In this document: piece by piece, positions 25,370-36,689 of the stretch
How the letters are laid out: each line of letters begins with the position of its first letter
Numbering within the stretch: the first letter of the stretch is position 1
DNA from: Octopus bimaculoides
Lineage: Eukaryota
Reading direction: 5' to 3'
DNA length: 64,000 bases
NCBI RefSeq assembly: GCF_001194135.2
Contig: NC_068997.1
Span: 35,515,610 to 35,579,609, forward strand
Position numbers and translations under genes: made by a program
The notes under the pieces: model-generated
The model's database searches: none
Told to the model about the DNA's origin: nothing
Seen by the model: only the letters and a program-made list of their open reading frames with translations

Positions 25370-26525
25370 GAATGTAATCACCATTGTTTTCAACGCTTAC
25401 AGCCCAAGGAGAAAGTAGCTTTTTTATGCCATGTTCAAAGAAACCTATTTGTTTTCCTGAAAAAATTTCTGAAAGGCTGTTTTGACTTACTCTCTGTTTC
25501 TGAATGGTTTGCCTTTTATGAATTGTTCTAGTGATTGGAACAGATGGAAATCCGTAGGTGCTAAGTCAGGTGAGTATGGAGGATGTGGAAGCACTTGTCA
25601 TCCTAGTGTTCTTATTTTTTCTTGCATTTGTTTTAAAGAGTGTGGCCATGCATTGACATGCTGGGGAATGACACCTTTTCTGCTTATCAAAGTTGGTCAC
25701 TTTCAACATAATTTTTCACTTACACAATCAAGTTGTTGACAATAAACATCTGCACTGATGGTCCTTCCATGTTCCAGTAGCTCATAATGGATAATATCTT
25801 TCATGTTCTGCCAAACACAGAGCAAGAATTTTTGTGGATGGAGTTCTGGTTTTGGTGTTGGCACTGGCCTCTCATGTGATAACCATTGTCTTTTTTGTTT
25901 TGTGCTGTCATACAAAACCCATTTTTCATCTCCTGTAACAATGTGCTGCAGAAACGACAGGTTGTTATTCCTGGTTAGAAGACTGCTACAGGTGGTAGAA
26001 CATTGTGTTTTGTTCTCAAGTGTAAGCTGATGTGGAACCCAAACTCCCTCTTTGCGTGTTTTCCCAATTTGCTTGAGATGTTCGTGGATAGTTGAACATA
26101 ACACATAAAATTTTTGCACCAAATTTCTGGTGCTTTGACGTGGATCTCATACAGAAGTCTCATTCAAAAGGTCATCATTCAGAGTGGGTCATCTTCCAGA
26201 ATGAGGCTTGTCGAATATGTCTCAACTGCCATCCTTAAACCTCTTAAATCATAGCTGACATGTACAACTTTTCACAGCATTGGGATACACTTCACAGATA
26301 TTTTTCATTGCTTCTGTAGCGGTACTCTTATTTTGAAACTCATACAGTAAGCAATGGCAACTATGTTGTTTCATAAAGTTCTTACCCTCCATGGGGTTAA
26401 TTACTGAAATAACTATGAATGCCAGATAGAAGAGATGATATACTATTTCCAGACCTTGCTCTGATGTGATTGGTTGATTCATATTTCATAGTGGTGAAAA
26501 AACACAATTACTCTGCGAACCCTAA
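25370..26525 (-). mobile_element. Degenerate mariner (DD34D)
   Basis: KEGVWVPHQLT, IVTGDEKWVLY, VLPHPPYSPDLAPTDFHLF. 5' TIR rc ttagggttcgcagagtaattgtg next to TA at 26526. Confidence 0.88.
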
Positions 26526-26849
26526 TATATATATGTATGAGTTTCAAAATATATATATATATATTATTGTGTCTGGGGATAGTCATTCTGCTTTAATGTC
26601 TTATTAATTAACACACTCACAGGTTCGATTTCCACTCATTTACTTTTTTTTTCTGCGCACAAACAAACAAACAAAAGAACGACTATTGAAGAGGTTACTA
26701 GAAGCAACGAAGATTTTAGACACAATAAAATATGCTTCAACACATGAATTCACATAAAGAATCCTGCAAACCAAATACAAAAATGAAATATATACACAAA
26801 TTCTCATAACGAATCTTGCAACACAAATTGATAAATATATATATATATT

Positions 26850-27010
26850 CACAAAAAAACAGCAGACGAGGACAAGTGGTGTAGAAAACAAATAGATGTA
26901 TTAGTATAATGCTCGGGAATTGAAAAAGTCTTTTCGAGCCTACGCTCTTCCACAGAAAGAAACAGGGAGAGAAAAAAAATTGTGTGTAGTGGTTAGCGAT
27001 CTCCGGATTC
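26850..27010 (-). repeat. PLE pseudo-LTR fragment (same family as 6444/6992) with broken hammerhead motif (26930-26959)
   Basis: Minus strand reads CTTT CTGTGGA A GAGC GTAG GCTC GAAAAG; stem III is deleted. Confidence 0.6.
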
Positions 27011-27171
27011 AAGTGAATCAAGTACCTAAATAGTAAAGCACCTAGTTCAGGACAAAGAAATAGTGGTCATGTACAAAACAAAATTAGAGGAACATGTATA
27101 TACATACAGAATTGAAAACTGATTAAAATTCCAGTTAAATATACAATCACAAGCGCCTGACTGAATATACC

Positions 27172-27240
27172 ACTAGTTTCGAGACTGTAACTAGGAACAC
27201 ACACTGCACCTATTGTACTGTGCTTAACAGACTCCAGATC
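27172..27240 (-). ncRNA. Decayed PLE hammerhead motif
   Basis: Minus strand reads ctg(--)GAGTCTGTTA...TTACAGTCTC GAAAC TA GTG. Core deleted, triplet non-cleavable. Confidence 0.4.
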
Positions 27241-27447
27241 CACACTAATTGCAGGTTCCAAGTAAGGTGAATAATAGATAAACAGAGGGAAATTGGTTCA
27301 TTTACTACAGCTGTTTCAAACAAGTTTTTAGTTGAATAGAGTTATTATATCATGCAAAGAGAAAACATTTTCCTCGGTGAATATACACAAATTCAACATC
27401 TTAAAAAAAATATTCAAAGAAGCAACATTGTGTCGTAAATGTGGATT

Positions 27448-27830
27448 ACTCTTTTACTTGTTTCAGTCATTTGACTGTGGCCATGCTGGAGCACCGCCTT
27501 CAGTCGAGCAAATCGGCCTCAGGACTTATTCTTTGTAAGCCTAGTACTTATTCTATCGGTCTCTTTTGCTGAACCGCTAAGTTACAGGGACGTAAACACA
27601 CCAGCACCGGTTGTCAAGTGATGTTGGGGGGACAAACACAAACACACATATACATACATATACACGACGGGCTTCTTTCAGTTTCCGTCTACCAAATCCA
27701 CTCACAAGGCTTTGGTCGGCCCAAGGCTATAGTAGAAGACACTTGCCCAAGATGCCACACAGTGGAACTGAACCCGGAACCATGTGGTTTGTAAGCAAGC
27801 TACTTAACACACAGCTACTCCTACGCCTAC
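27448..27830 (-). mobile_element. SINE family B, full length
   Basis: Complete from the tail (cttttacttgtttcagtc) to the head (cacacagctactcctacgcct). Confidence 0.9.
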
Positions 27831-28106
27831 GGATTGATTATAAATATTTTAGAAGTGCTATCTGTGCATACATAAGCATACAAGTATAGTTATAAACAAG
27901 TATAAGTAATCACTTTAGTTACTGTATGCAATGCTATGTATATAGGTGTATGCATGTATGTATGTGTGTGTGTATGTATATATGCATATTCCTGAAGAAA
28001 ACAGATTTTTCGTATGATTTAATAACTCTATTCATCAATAAAATCCTCATTTCAAACAGCTGGGGTGAACGAATCAATTTCCATCTGTTATATACACACA
28101 CACACA

Positions 28107-29552
28107 CAGATATGCAGGAAGTAAATAGACACCTTTAATTTTCAAAATCTTTTATTTAATATGCAAAGCGAACAATTGAAATGTAATCGATAGGTAGGAC
28201 TACATACTTTAGTATTTAGTTGACATTCCCTTTGCGGTTTTTAATTCAGAAACTCTTTTTGGCATTGAACAGATGAGCTTTGTGATTGTCTCTTGTGGAA
28301 TTTCTGCCCACTTTTCATGCAACAATCGAAACCATTCATCTTTGGATTTAGGTTTCTTATTTCTTTACTGCCCACAGGGGACTACACACAGAGGGGACAG
28401 ACAAGCAGATTAAGTCGATTATATCGACCCCAGTGCATAACTGGTACTTATTTAATCGACCCCAAAAGGACGAAAGGCAAAGTCGACCTTGGTGGAATTT
28501 GAACTCAGAACGTAGCGGCAGATGAAATACCGCTAAGCATTTTGCCTGGCATGCTAACGTTTCTGCCAGCTCGCCGCCTTTGGATTTAGGTTTCTGTCGA
28601 GTTTTTCATATAGCTCTATCTACTATGCTCCAAAGATTTTCAATTAGGTTCATGTCAGGAGTTGGCTCGGCCAAGGAAGCTTTTTGATCCCATTTTCAGT
28701 CAGCCATTGTTGATTCTTTTTCGCTGTGTGGCATGGAGCCCCATCTTCCATGAATAAAAACTCATTTTTTGTTATGTTATCGTGTGAATACATCAGAAGT
28801 ACTCCTTGCTTAAGTATTTCGATGTATTTTTCAGAGTTTATGGTTCCAACACATTCAATTAGCTCAGAACAACCATTGCTGGTGACAGCTCCCCATACCA
28901 TTACAGATACCGCCATGTTTCACAGTTGGTTGGAGTCGTTTCAAATCAAATTCTTGATTGGGAAGCCTCCAGACCCAAACACTTCCATTGTCTGAAAATA
29001 ATGCAAATCTGGATTCATCTGAGAAAATCACTCTATCCCAAAATGAACTAGATTTTTCTGACAATTTGGCCCATTTCTTTTTTTTTTCATATTAATTGGT
29101 TGAAGGAGAGGTTTTCTTCTAGCTGCTTGTCCATAATACCCAAGCTTATGCAGATATTTAACACACATTCTTGGACTAACTTCTAGCTGTTTTGTAATGT
29201 CAGAACAGGGTTCGTTTTCCACAATTCTCTTCAAACAGCGAAACTCCCTTTCCAAAGGCCCAGGTCAGCTGGGATGAGAATCTGTTGATTCTTTTCCTTG
29301 GTTTTTGAATTGTACTATAATTCTATTAATGGTAGCAAGAGGAATTTGAAGATTTTTGACAATTTTTTGCTGGCTAAGATTGCCCAACAATACGACCTCT
29401 TTGAAAATCTGACAGTTCTGCTAAATTTTTTGTGTGTGACATGGTTACTCTTCGCAAATGTTTAATAAAATGCCACCTGCTGAAAACATATTAAGACACT
29501 TAGATCAGAAATTTTGAAAATTAAAGGTGTCTATTTACTTCCTGCATGTCTA
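28107..29552 (-). mobile_element. Tc1-like (DD34E) transposon, degenerate, with SINE insertion
   Basis: ~38 bp TIRs (atgcaggaagtaaatagacacctttaattttcaaaat and its rc). Peptide fragments IFSDES, TVKHGG, VMVWGA, EDGAPCH..WPSQ.PDMNLIENLW, with D-34-E spacing after correcting one frameshift. Confidence 0.9.
28358..28577 (-). mobile_element. SINE family A, full length, 18 bp TSD
   Basis: TSD ctttggatttaggtttct at 28340-28357 and 28578-28595. Confidence 0.9.
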
Positions 29553-29941
29553 TATATATATATATATAGTTCACAAACAAGATCCAGAGATTCTCCATAT
29601 AGAAGACACTTAGTAGTGCTCAAAAGTTTTAACCTTAAATTCTGATGTATTTACAAGGGATCAGTCCACAAGGTAAAACAGGCTTTAAGATCAATCAAGT
29701 TGAGCGGGTATAGAAGCAATTACGCAGATAAACAAATCAAACATCAAATACAAAATATGTATACAAGCAAAATGAGAGGAAGCAAACTTTCAAATGATAA
29801 ATTTTTATGTATAAATATATTAAGTCCAACTTACACAGAGTACAAATGGAGAAAATTAAAGAGGTGGAAGAAAGGTGTCTAATTTGTTTATCACATAATT
29901 GCCTATATATGTATGTATGTGTGTGTATATATATATTAATG

Positions 29942-30415
29942 AGAGGAAAAAGGACAAAACCTGGAGCAGGATGAGTATCTCAATCATTTAGAATATTAAT
30001 TTGAAGTCTTACAACTGTTTTTAAGATATCCCAAGTGATAGGCTAACATATCTGTACACTAGGTATTCCGTCATCACAGACAAGGTGAGTATGTATGAAA
30101 GTTCTAGACAGAAATTCACAGTTTATAAGGAATAAAATAGTAGATAAAAGAATACCAGTAGACAGAAGAATAAAGTTAACAGCACATCCTTTTTCAGAGA
30201 GTAATCTATCTACTATTTTATTCTTTATAAACTGAATTTCCCTGTCAAGAACTTTTATACACACTCACCTTGTCTCTGATGATGGAATACCCAGTGTATA
30301 GACATGCTAGCCTATCACTTGGGATATCCCAGAAACAGCTGTAAGACTTCAAATTAAATATTGTAAATGACTTGAGATACTCATCCTGCCTTGGTTTTGT
30401 TGTCCTTTTCCCTCT
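29942..30415. repeat. Inverted pair of PLE pseudo-LTRs (arms 29942-30146 and 30207-30415)
   Basis: The arms are reverse complements with scattered substitutions, and each carries a hammerhead motif. Confidence 0.85.
30272..30347 (+). ncRNA. Type I hammerhead ribozyme, intact core, long stem II
   Basis: GTCT CTGATGA TGGAATACCCAGTG..CACTTGGGATATCCCA GAAAC AGCT GTA AGAC: stem I gtct/agac, palindromic stem III acagctgt. Predicted cleavage after 30343. Confidence 0.8.
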
Positions 30416-30950
30416 AACTCAGAAACCTAATACAGATGACCAATTATAGCACTTACTCAGTGTATCTGCTCGTTTAGATCACCAGTGAACTAAACCCTTC
30501 GTATTCTTTCTTTTCTCTATCTTCACTAAGTTCCACTTTCTCCTCCTCTTCTCACCCCTGCACCTTCCTTTCTAATTTGTTTCTCTCTCTCTCTCTAAAA
30601 CATCATCAGTTTCAATTTTATATAAAAAGGCGAAGTAAACTTGCTGTAAACCACTTTTCTGATAAATCTGATAACAGAAGAAAGTACTAGAAATGTAAAT
30701 ACAAATATAATCATCCAACATTCTGACTACCTTCTTATTTTCAGTATATTTATTAATAGATAGATTTGTTAATAATAATGATATTAACAATAAAGCTAAT
30801 GTGAGTAGCTATAAAAAATCTAGTCAAACTAAAAAGTCTAGAGTACTGGAGGTCATTTGGTGTCCATTATTGCTTCTTCAAATAGAAGTAAAATAAATGG
30901 AAGGCATAATTTGGCACCTGTTCCAAATGTGCGTGCCTATAATATAGTTA

Positions 30951-31822
30951 ACTAGCTGTTTTTCCCGGTTTCACTCGGGCAGTGTGATGGATTTGGTTAA
31001 AGGCTATTTACTATGTATATTTTGAATAATAAAAAGAACTAAAAATAAAAAAAATAAAAATTCTGAAAACAATACGATGCTAAGGATTTTGCGGGTCGAT
31101 ATTGTAAAACTAACTTCACATGCGTACCCATAGCCCCATGTAGTCACGGACCCTTATTTGTGGTATAACCTCGCCTTAAAAGAAAAATATATGGTAGTGC
31201 GGTTGTTGTATTGGCGACACAAGAATGTTAATCGAAACTGTTCAAGATCAATCATAGGTTGGACGTTCATGTACACTGATTAGAATTGTGAATTTCAATT
31301 ATTGAAAACGCATTCCCAGATGGATACAATTGTGCAGAGTCCGTTTGTCTCAATATGGAAAAGCTGTTTGAATGTCGACGTTTGAAGACATTTGTAACTG
31401 AAGTTAAAAAAAACAGTAATTAGAAAGAGCGTAAGCTATAGCTTTTGTTTTTTTAATGCACAAAAAATTGAAATTATTTTTTTTCTGTGCCTCTGATTAA
31501 AATTTTCGAAAAACGAACCCAGCTACATTACTTGGAAAAAAATAATCTTTATTGTGCTGGTCTTTCGTAAAATTTCGCGCATGGGAAAGGCAACAAAATC
31601 GCCCCTCTCCACTTTGAATGGGATATTCCTATCTTAAAAAGTAATAATCGATTATCTTGGTAACCATGTGAGTTGGAGGGCAATAAAAATCTCCTGAACA
31701 TGAGCGGACCTTGCTGCCGCTCTGTGCTGAATTTCACGTGATTCCACTGCACCGTTCTCGAGTGAATATGCCGACACTCAATCAATCAAGCAATCAAGAA
31801 CACTGCAACTTATAGTATAGAT
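30951..31822 (+). mobile_element. Non-autonomous Helitron-like element
   Basis: 5' actagctg followed by hairpin cccgg..cggg; 3' end (caat)n-like repeats then tatagtatagat. These termini resemble invertebrate non-autonomous Helitron/Helentron families. Confidence 0.45.
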
Positions 31823-31984
31823 AATCCAGGAGACAATGATGGATTATTACACTCTTCACTACCTTCAAGTGTTGATGATTCAGCGCTTAGGAATGATTGT
31901 GTAGGAGAAAATATGGTCCCTGTTAAATATGCAGGGATTGATGGGACCCCAAAATTTAGTTGAAATTTCAGAACCCCAAATTTG

Positions 31985-32370
31985 TCCCCTTAAGGGATTC
32001 TGCTTAAGAAAAATTGTAGTCTATAAATGTATAGTTAAAGGGGAGAATAATTTGGTTAGGAAATATATCAGGAGCACTACTGATTTTAAAAGGAGATATA
32101 GGGCCCACATGAGCTCATTTTCAAATGCCAAATACTCTAATTCTACCATGCTTGCATCCTATATTCATGATTTGAAGAGGAGGAATATGAGCTACACTAT
32201 TGAATGGTCTGTCCTGTCTGAAGCCTCCCACTTTAATGCTAATCTAAGCCAATGTAGTTTATGCTTGAGGGAAACGTACTTGGTTCTTAAATGTTTGGGG
32301 CCAAAACTCCTTTTCTGATGTGGTCGCTTTTTGTAATCATAGATTTTTCTCAACCTTCTTGAGTATACAC
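31985..32370 (+). pseudogene. PLE GIY-YIG endonuclease (Naiad-like C-terminal domain), 5'-truncated
   Basis: CPLKGFCL..VVYKCIV..KYIRSTTDFKRRYRAH..ST.LA.YI..IEWSVL..CSLCLRE. After a frameshift it continues NSFSDVVAFCNHRF. Confidence 0.8.
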
Positions 32371-32947
32371 AAAATTAAAATTAAGGGTAAATTTGAAATG
32401 AGATGTTTCAGAGGACTGCCTGAGCCTTGATCTTGAATTGAAGTTGAGTAGAGCCAGTTGAAAATTCAGTTAATTTAATTATTGATTTCAGAAATGGACA
32501 ATGGACTGATCCTCACTTGAAGCCACTAAATTCTTATTTTAATTTGTATGATTTCTTTATGTCATTGAACACTATATATTTTAACTCCCTGCACTATTTT
32601 ACAGTAGTTTGACAACCAGGAATGTGAGGACTTTGTAAGTTTTCTCTTGATGAAAACGTTGCCCTTGGATTTCCTTCATGGATTTTGCATTGACGAAGTG
32701 AGGCAGCTTAGAGATGGATTTGAATGGACTCTTTTCTGCTTACCACTTTGCCTTTTATTTTTATATTTATATTTATGTTATTTTAGTTCCATGCCTTAAA
32801 TTTTTAGTCACTTATGTTATGCTTTAATTTAATCCATATATATTTTTTTCTTCCTTTGACGTCACTTGTATTACCCTTTTCAGTTTTATTACCTTTTATT
32901 CATGTATATGTGTATATTTTATACTATTAGGTTTTACCACTGGGTAG

Positions 32948-32954
32948 ATGTGTG

Positions 32955-32985
<31 letters not shown>

Positions 32986-32988
32986 ATA

Positions 32989-33081
<93 letters not shown>

Positions 33082-33180
33082 ATATATATATATATATGTG
33101 TGTGTGTATATATATATGTGTATGTGTGTGTGTATATATATATGTGTATGTGTGTGTATATATATATGTGTGTGTGTATA
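32948..33180. repeat. Compound (TA)n/(TG)n microsatellite
   Basis: Direct inspection. It generates several spurious IY/CV-repeat ORFs. Confidence 0.95.
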
Positions 33181-33566
33181 TAATTCCAAGAGAGTTAGAG
33201 GTTGTGAATCCAACCAACTAAGGGATAATATCTATCCAATATACTGCTGGTAGAATACCCAATTATTAATACACAAGTGTTTTTTCATTGCATGGTAATT
33301 ACACTACTGAATGTAATAAATGGGTGAGGGTAAAAAGTTCTTTTTTAGCCTTAATTTATACAGCAATAAGAAAATGGAAGGAATCAATAGGTGGTATTCA
33401 TCAACTTTTAGACATTATATTATGTCTATTTATTTATTTTAAAAAAAACCCAATTATAACTATATACATACATGTATAACATATGCTTTACATATATAAT
33501 ATATAAAATATAAAAATACCAGTAATTATTAAAATGTATAACGTAGAGCATAGAAAATAGAATAGT

Positions 33567-33691
33567 ATCTTACAGCTGTTTCAACCAAGAGGCCATAGTA
33601 TCCTACTTTGCTTCCATTCCTTCACTGAACTGAAGTATTTGGTAGATAAGATTAAGGTACTTTGGGTGTGCCTCTGGGCTTCATCAGCGAG
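33567..33691 (-). ncRNA. PLE hammerhead motif with ~100 nt stem II insert, weak stem I
   Basis: Minus strand reads CTGATGA AGCCCAGAGGC ... GCCTCTTGGTT GAAAC AGCT GTA AGAT. Confidence 0.6.
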
Positions 33692-34013
33692 TTTAGAAAG
33701 TTCATAAGGTTAAGTTATAGATATAAATACATACATATATATACACTTTTACATATACATAAATATACATAAATACATATCTATACATTTATATGTATAT
33801 GCATACAAAGGAATCAATTATTGTTATTATTAGGTGTATTATATTATTCTTATTAGATAAAGTATAAACAGAGGAAAGAAAACATTATCAAAAGAGAAAT
33901 AATAGTGGAATTTAAATAATCAATATATCTTAAGATTATTGTAGTTCTGTAGGAATGGAAAGGTATATAAATGAGGAATACATATCTATATATATGTATA
34001 TATATATATACAT

Positions 34014-34052
<39 letters not shown>

Positions 34053-34209
34053 CGTACAAACATACCCATAGGTACATACATATTTCATGTGTTGAGAAGG
34101 GAAGGTTACTGTAGTAGTTCGTATTTTTCTTTTTATATAATCATAATAATTATACACAAACATATATATATCCATATAAACATGCGATATGTTTTCTATT
34201 GAGGGCTTG

Positions 34210-36310
34210 ATGTAAAGGTCCTCAATACTCAAGACATCAGCTGTCCTCAGGACCTGTATGTCTGGAGTTTTTAAGGGCCAGCCAACATTCAGAATGTGTC
34301 AGATATCTCTGATGAAAGCATTCAAGGACCCTTACATGACGTTTATAAAGGGTCCATATCTCACATGAGTAAAGGAGTGATGTTGGTACACAACAATTTT
34401 TGTTTGCTTTTTGATGCCATGCTGGGACCAGACAGGAGACGGAAGAGACCGGAAGAAATCAGTTGCTCTCTGCAGCCTGAAAGATATTTCATCATTCAGG
34501 GAGCTGAGTGTGCTGAGTGTGCTGCCCAAGTAGACAAACTTGTCTACCACTTTCAGAATTGTTCCTTCAACCAAGACAGCTGGTCCCACATATAAATTTC
34601 CTGGTGCAGGCTGGAACATTACGACAGTCTTGTCTAGGCTAATGCTGAGTCCAAATGCCTTGCAAGAAGAAGAAATATGATTCATAAGTGTTTGCATATC
34701 ATCCACTGTATGAGTGACTAAGTCACGGTCATCTGCATAAAGGAGGTCATGAATAAGAGACTGGAAAACTTTTGAATTGGCAGCAAATCGGCACTGATTA
34801 AAGATGCAATCACCACCAAATCACAAAGCCTCAGCACAAATTACATCCTTTCCAGGTGCCCTACCAAGATTCAATTTACTTATTGATGTCATTACTTCAT
34901 CTATTGAGGGTGTGCAATTTAAGGAGCCAATGATAGGTCTTTGTTGCATAGTATCAATCACTGTTTCATCCATAACTGACTCATGATCTAGGAGTTCAGA
35001 GAAGTGTTCGATCCAGCGACTTGTAATTTCTGTTGATTTAGTAGAGTGGAAGACTCCTTGGAAAGCAAAGGAGCTGATGTGGAGCTCTTAGACCCAGAAA
35101 CTTGCTTCATAAGATGGTAAAGCTTCTTACTATCATTTGCATCAGCAGCAGCCTGAACATCATGAGCAAGATCCTGAGCAAGTGTTCTGCATCTTTCTGA
35201 GAGATCGCTGCAGTAGTGATTTTACACCGTTATAGTGGGCAAGTGCAAGATTTCACTGCACAGCAGAAAGTCCTCTACATTGTGGGCATGGCATTTTACA
35301 TCCAATAGTCGCTGAACTTCAGCATCATTTTCATCAAACCTGTGTCTGGTTGCTTCATATCCTGGTGTTTCAGCAGTACATTGAAGAACCTGGTCTCAAA
35401 AATCTTCCCATACTGCAGTATTTTCAATGCTAGACAAGCGAGTCTGAAACTCTTTCCTCGACACACAGCATCATATATCTTGTGGACATTCAGATGCAAA
35501 AGAATGCCAACTGGCTCTCTTTTCTCGTTCACTCTAATCATCATCCAGAACTTTGCTCGCACCAGGCTGTGGTCTATCCAGCATTCTGATCCATGAAAGG
35601 ACTTGACATTACAAATGTCATAGATGTCATGCTTGCGGATGATGACATAATCCAGCAAGTGCCAAACTTTAGACGTTCGATGCATCCACGTTGTGTGATC
35701 ACCTTTGTGCATAAAATAAGTGCTTGCGATGTAAAGTCCATGTTCATCGCAAAGCTCCAGCAGCATGAGACCATTGCTATTCATTTTCCCTACTCAAAAA
35801 TGTCCTAGAGAATTCCATGTTTGCCAGTCTGTTCCAACCCTTGCATTGAAATCCCCCAGTAAAATGACTTTATCAGAATTGGGGATTTTCCTAACTATGG
35901 CTCTCAGCTGGGTATAAAAAATAGTTTTATCTGCATCACAGCTAGTCAGATTAGGTGCATAGGCATTTATTAGTGTAGCAAACCACCCACCTTTCAGGTG
36001 CAATCATAGACTCATTAGACGTTCATTTATAGGAGCAGGAAGCTCCTCCAATTTCTTAAGGATATCAGATTGAACTGCAAAGCCAACCCCAGTCTTTCTA
36101 TGCTCCTCCTTCAGCCTCCCCTTCCAAAAAAAAGGTGTATTCACCTCCTACTTCCTCAAGCTAACTATCACCTTCTATACAAGTATCTGAAAGTGCAGCT
36201 ATATCAATGATATAGCGGTTCAGCTCATGAGCAACAAGTGCAGAGTGTCTTTCAGGCCTATAATCACACTTATTATCCAACAGGGTGCGCACATTCCAAC
36301 ATGAAATGTT
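34210..36310 (-). mobile_element. Second RTE-clade LINE family (BovB-like motifs), internally deleted
   Basis: CWNVRTLLD, NAYAP..LLGDFNARVG, TWMHRTSKVWHLLDYV..WIDH, then a jump from RAPGKDVICAEAL to LLYADD, and DKFVYLGSTLS. Confidence 0.85.
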
Positions 36311-36379
36311 CAAATTCCATCCAGATTTTGTAAATAAAAGTCTCTTTCTTTTTTTTTTTTCAATGCATATATATATATA

Positions 36380-36600
36380 TATATATTACAAATTAAAAGG
36401 GTAAAGGTTTATCAATTTATTAATAAATCAACAATTAATAATTTTTTACCAAGCCCTTCGGTATGTAAGCACCATTATCAGTGGAGAACTTATTTAAAAG
36501 TAATGCTATCTGTTGGAGTCTCAGCTTTTTTAGCTGCTATTTCTGAACTTCGGTATGTGGTGAAGCAAATATTTGCTGATCCTTTAATGTATATATATAT
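36380..36600 (-). repeat. PLE-like terminal repeat with decayed hammerhead motif (36456-36481)
   Basis: Minus strand reads CTGATAA T GGT GCTTACAT ACC GAAG. Confidence 0.4.
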
Positions 36601-36689
36601 ATATAGGTTTGGTAAAGAAAAGGTGATCATTGTTGCTGTTGTGATTATAGACAGACAGGGAGACAAAGGATTTATAGGAAAGTGGGTTA

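Noticed and set aside
32316-32318. TGA ending the Naiad-like ORF as a possible selenocysteine codon
   Set aside because: The conserved C-terminus (N..D....CxH) continues in another frame, so this is a frameshift. No SECIS was identified.
32866-33253. IY/CV/HT repeat ORFs, and similar ORFs at 4501, 5182, 8092, 47630
   Set aside because: These are translations of dinucleotide microsatellites.
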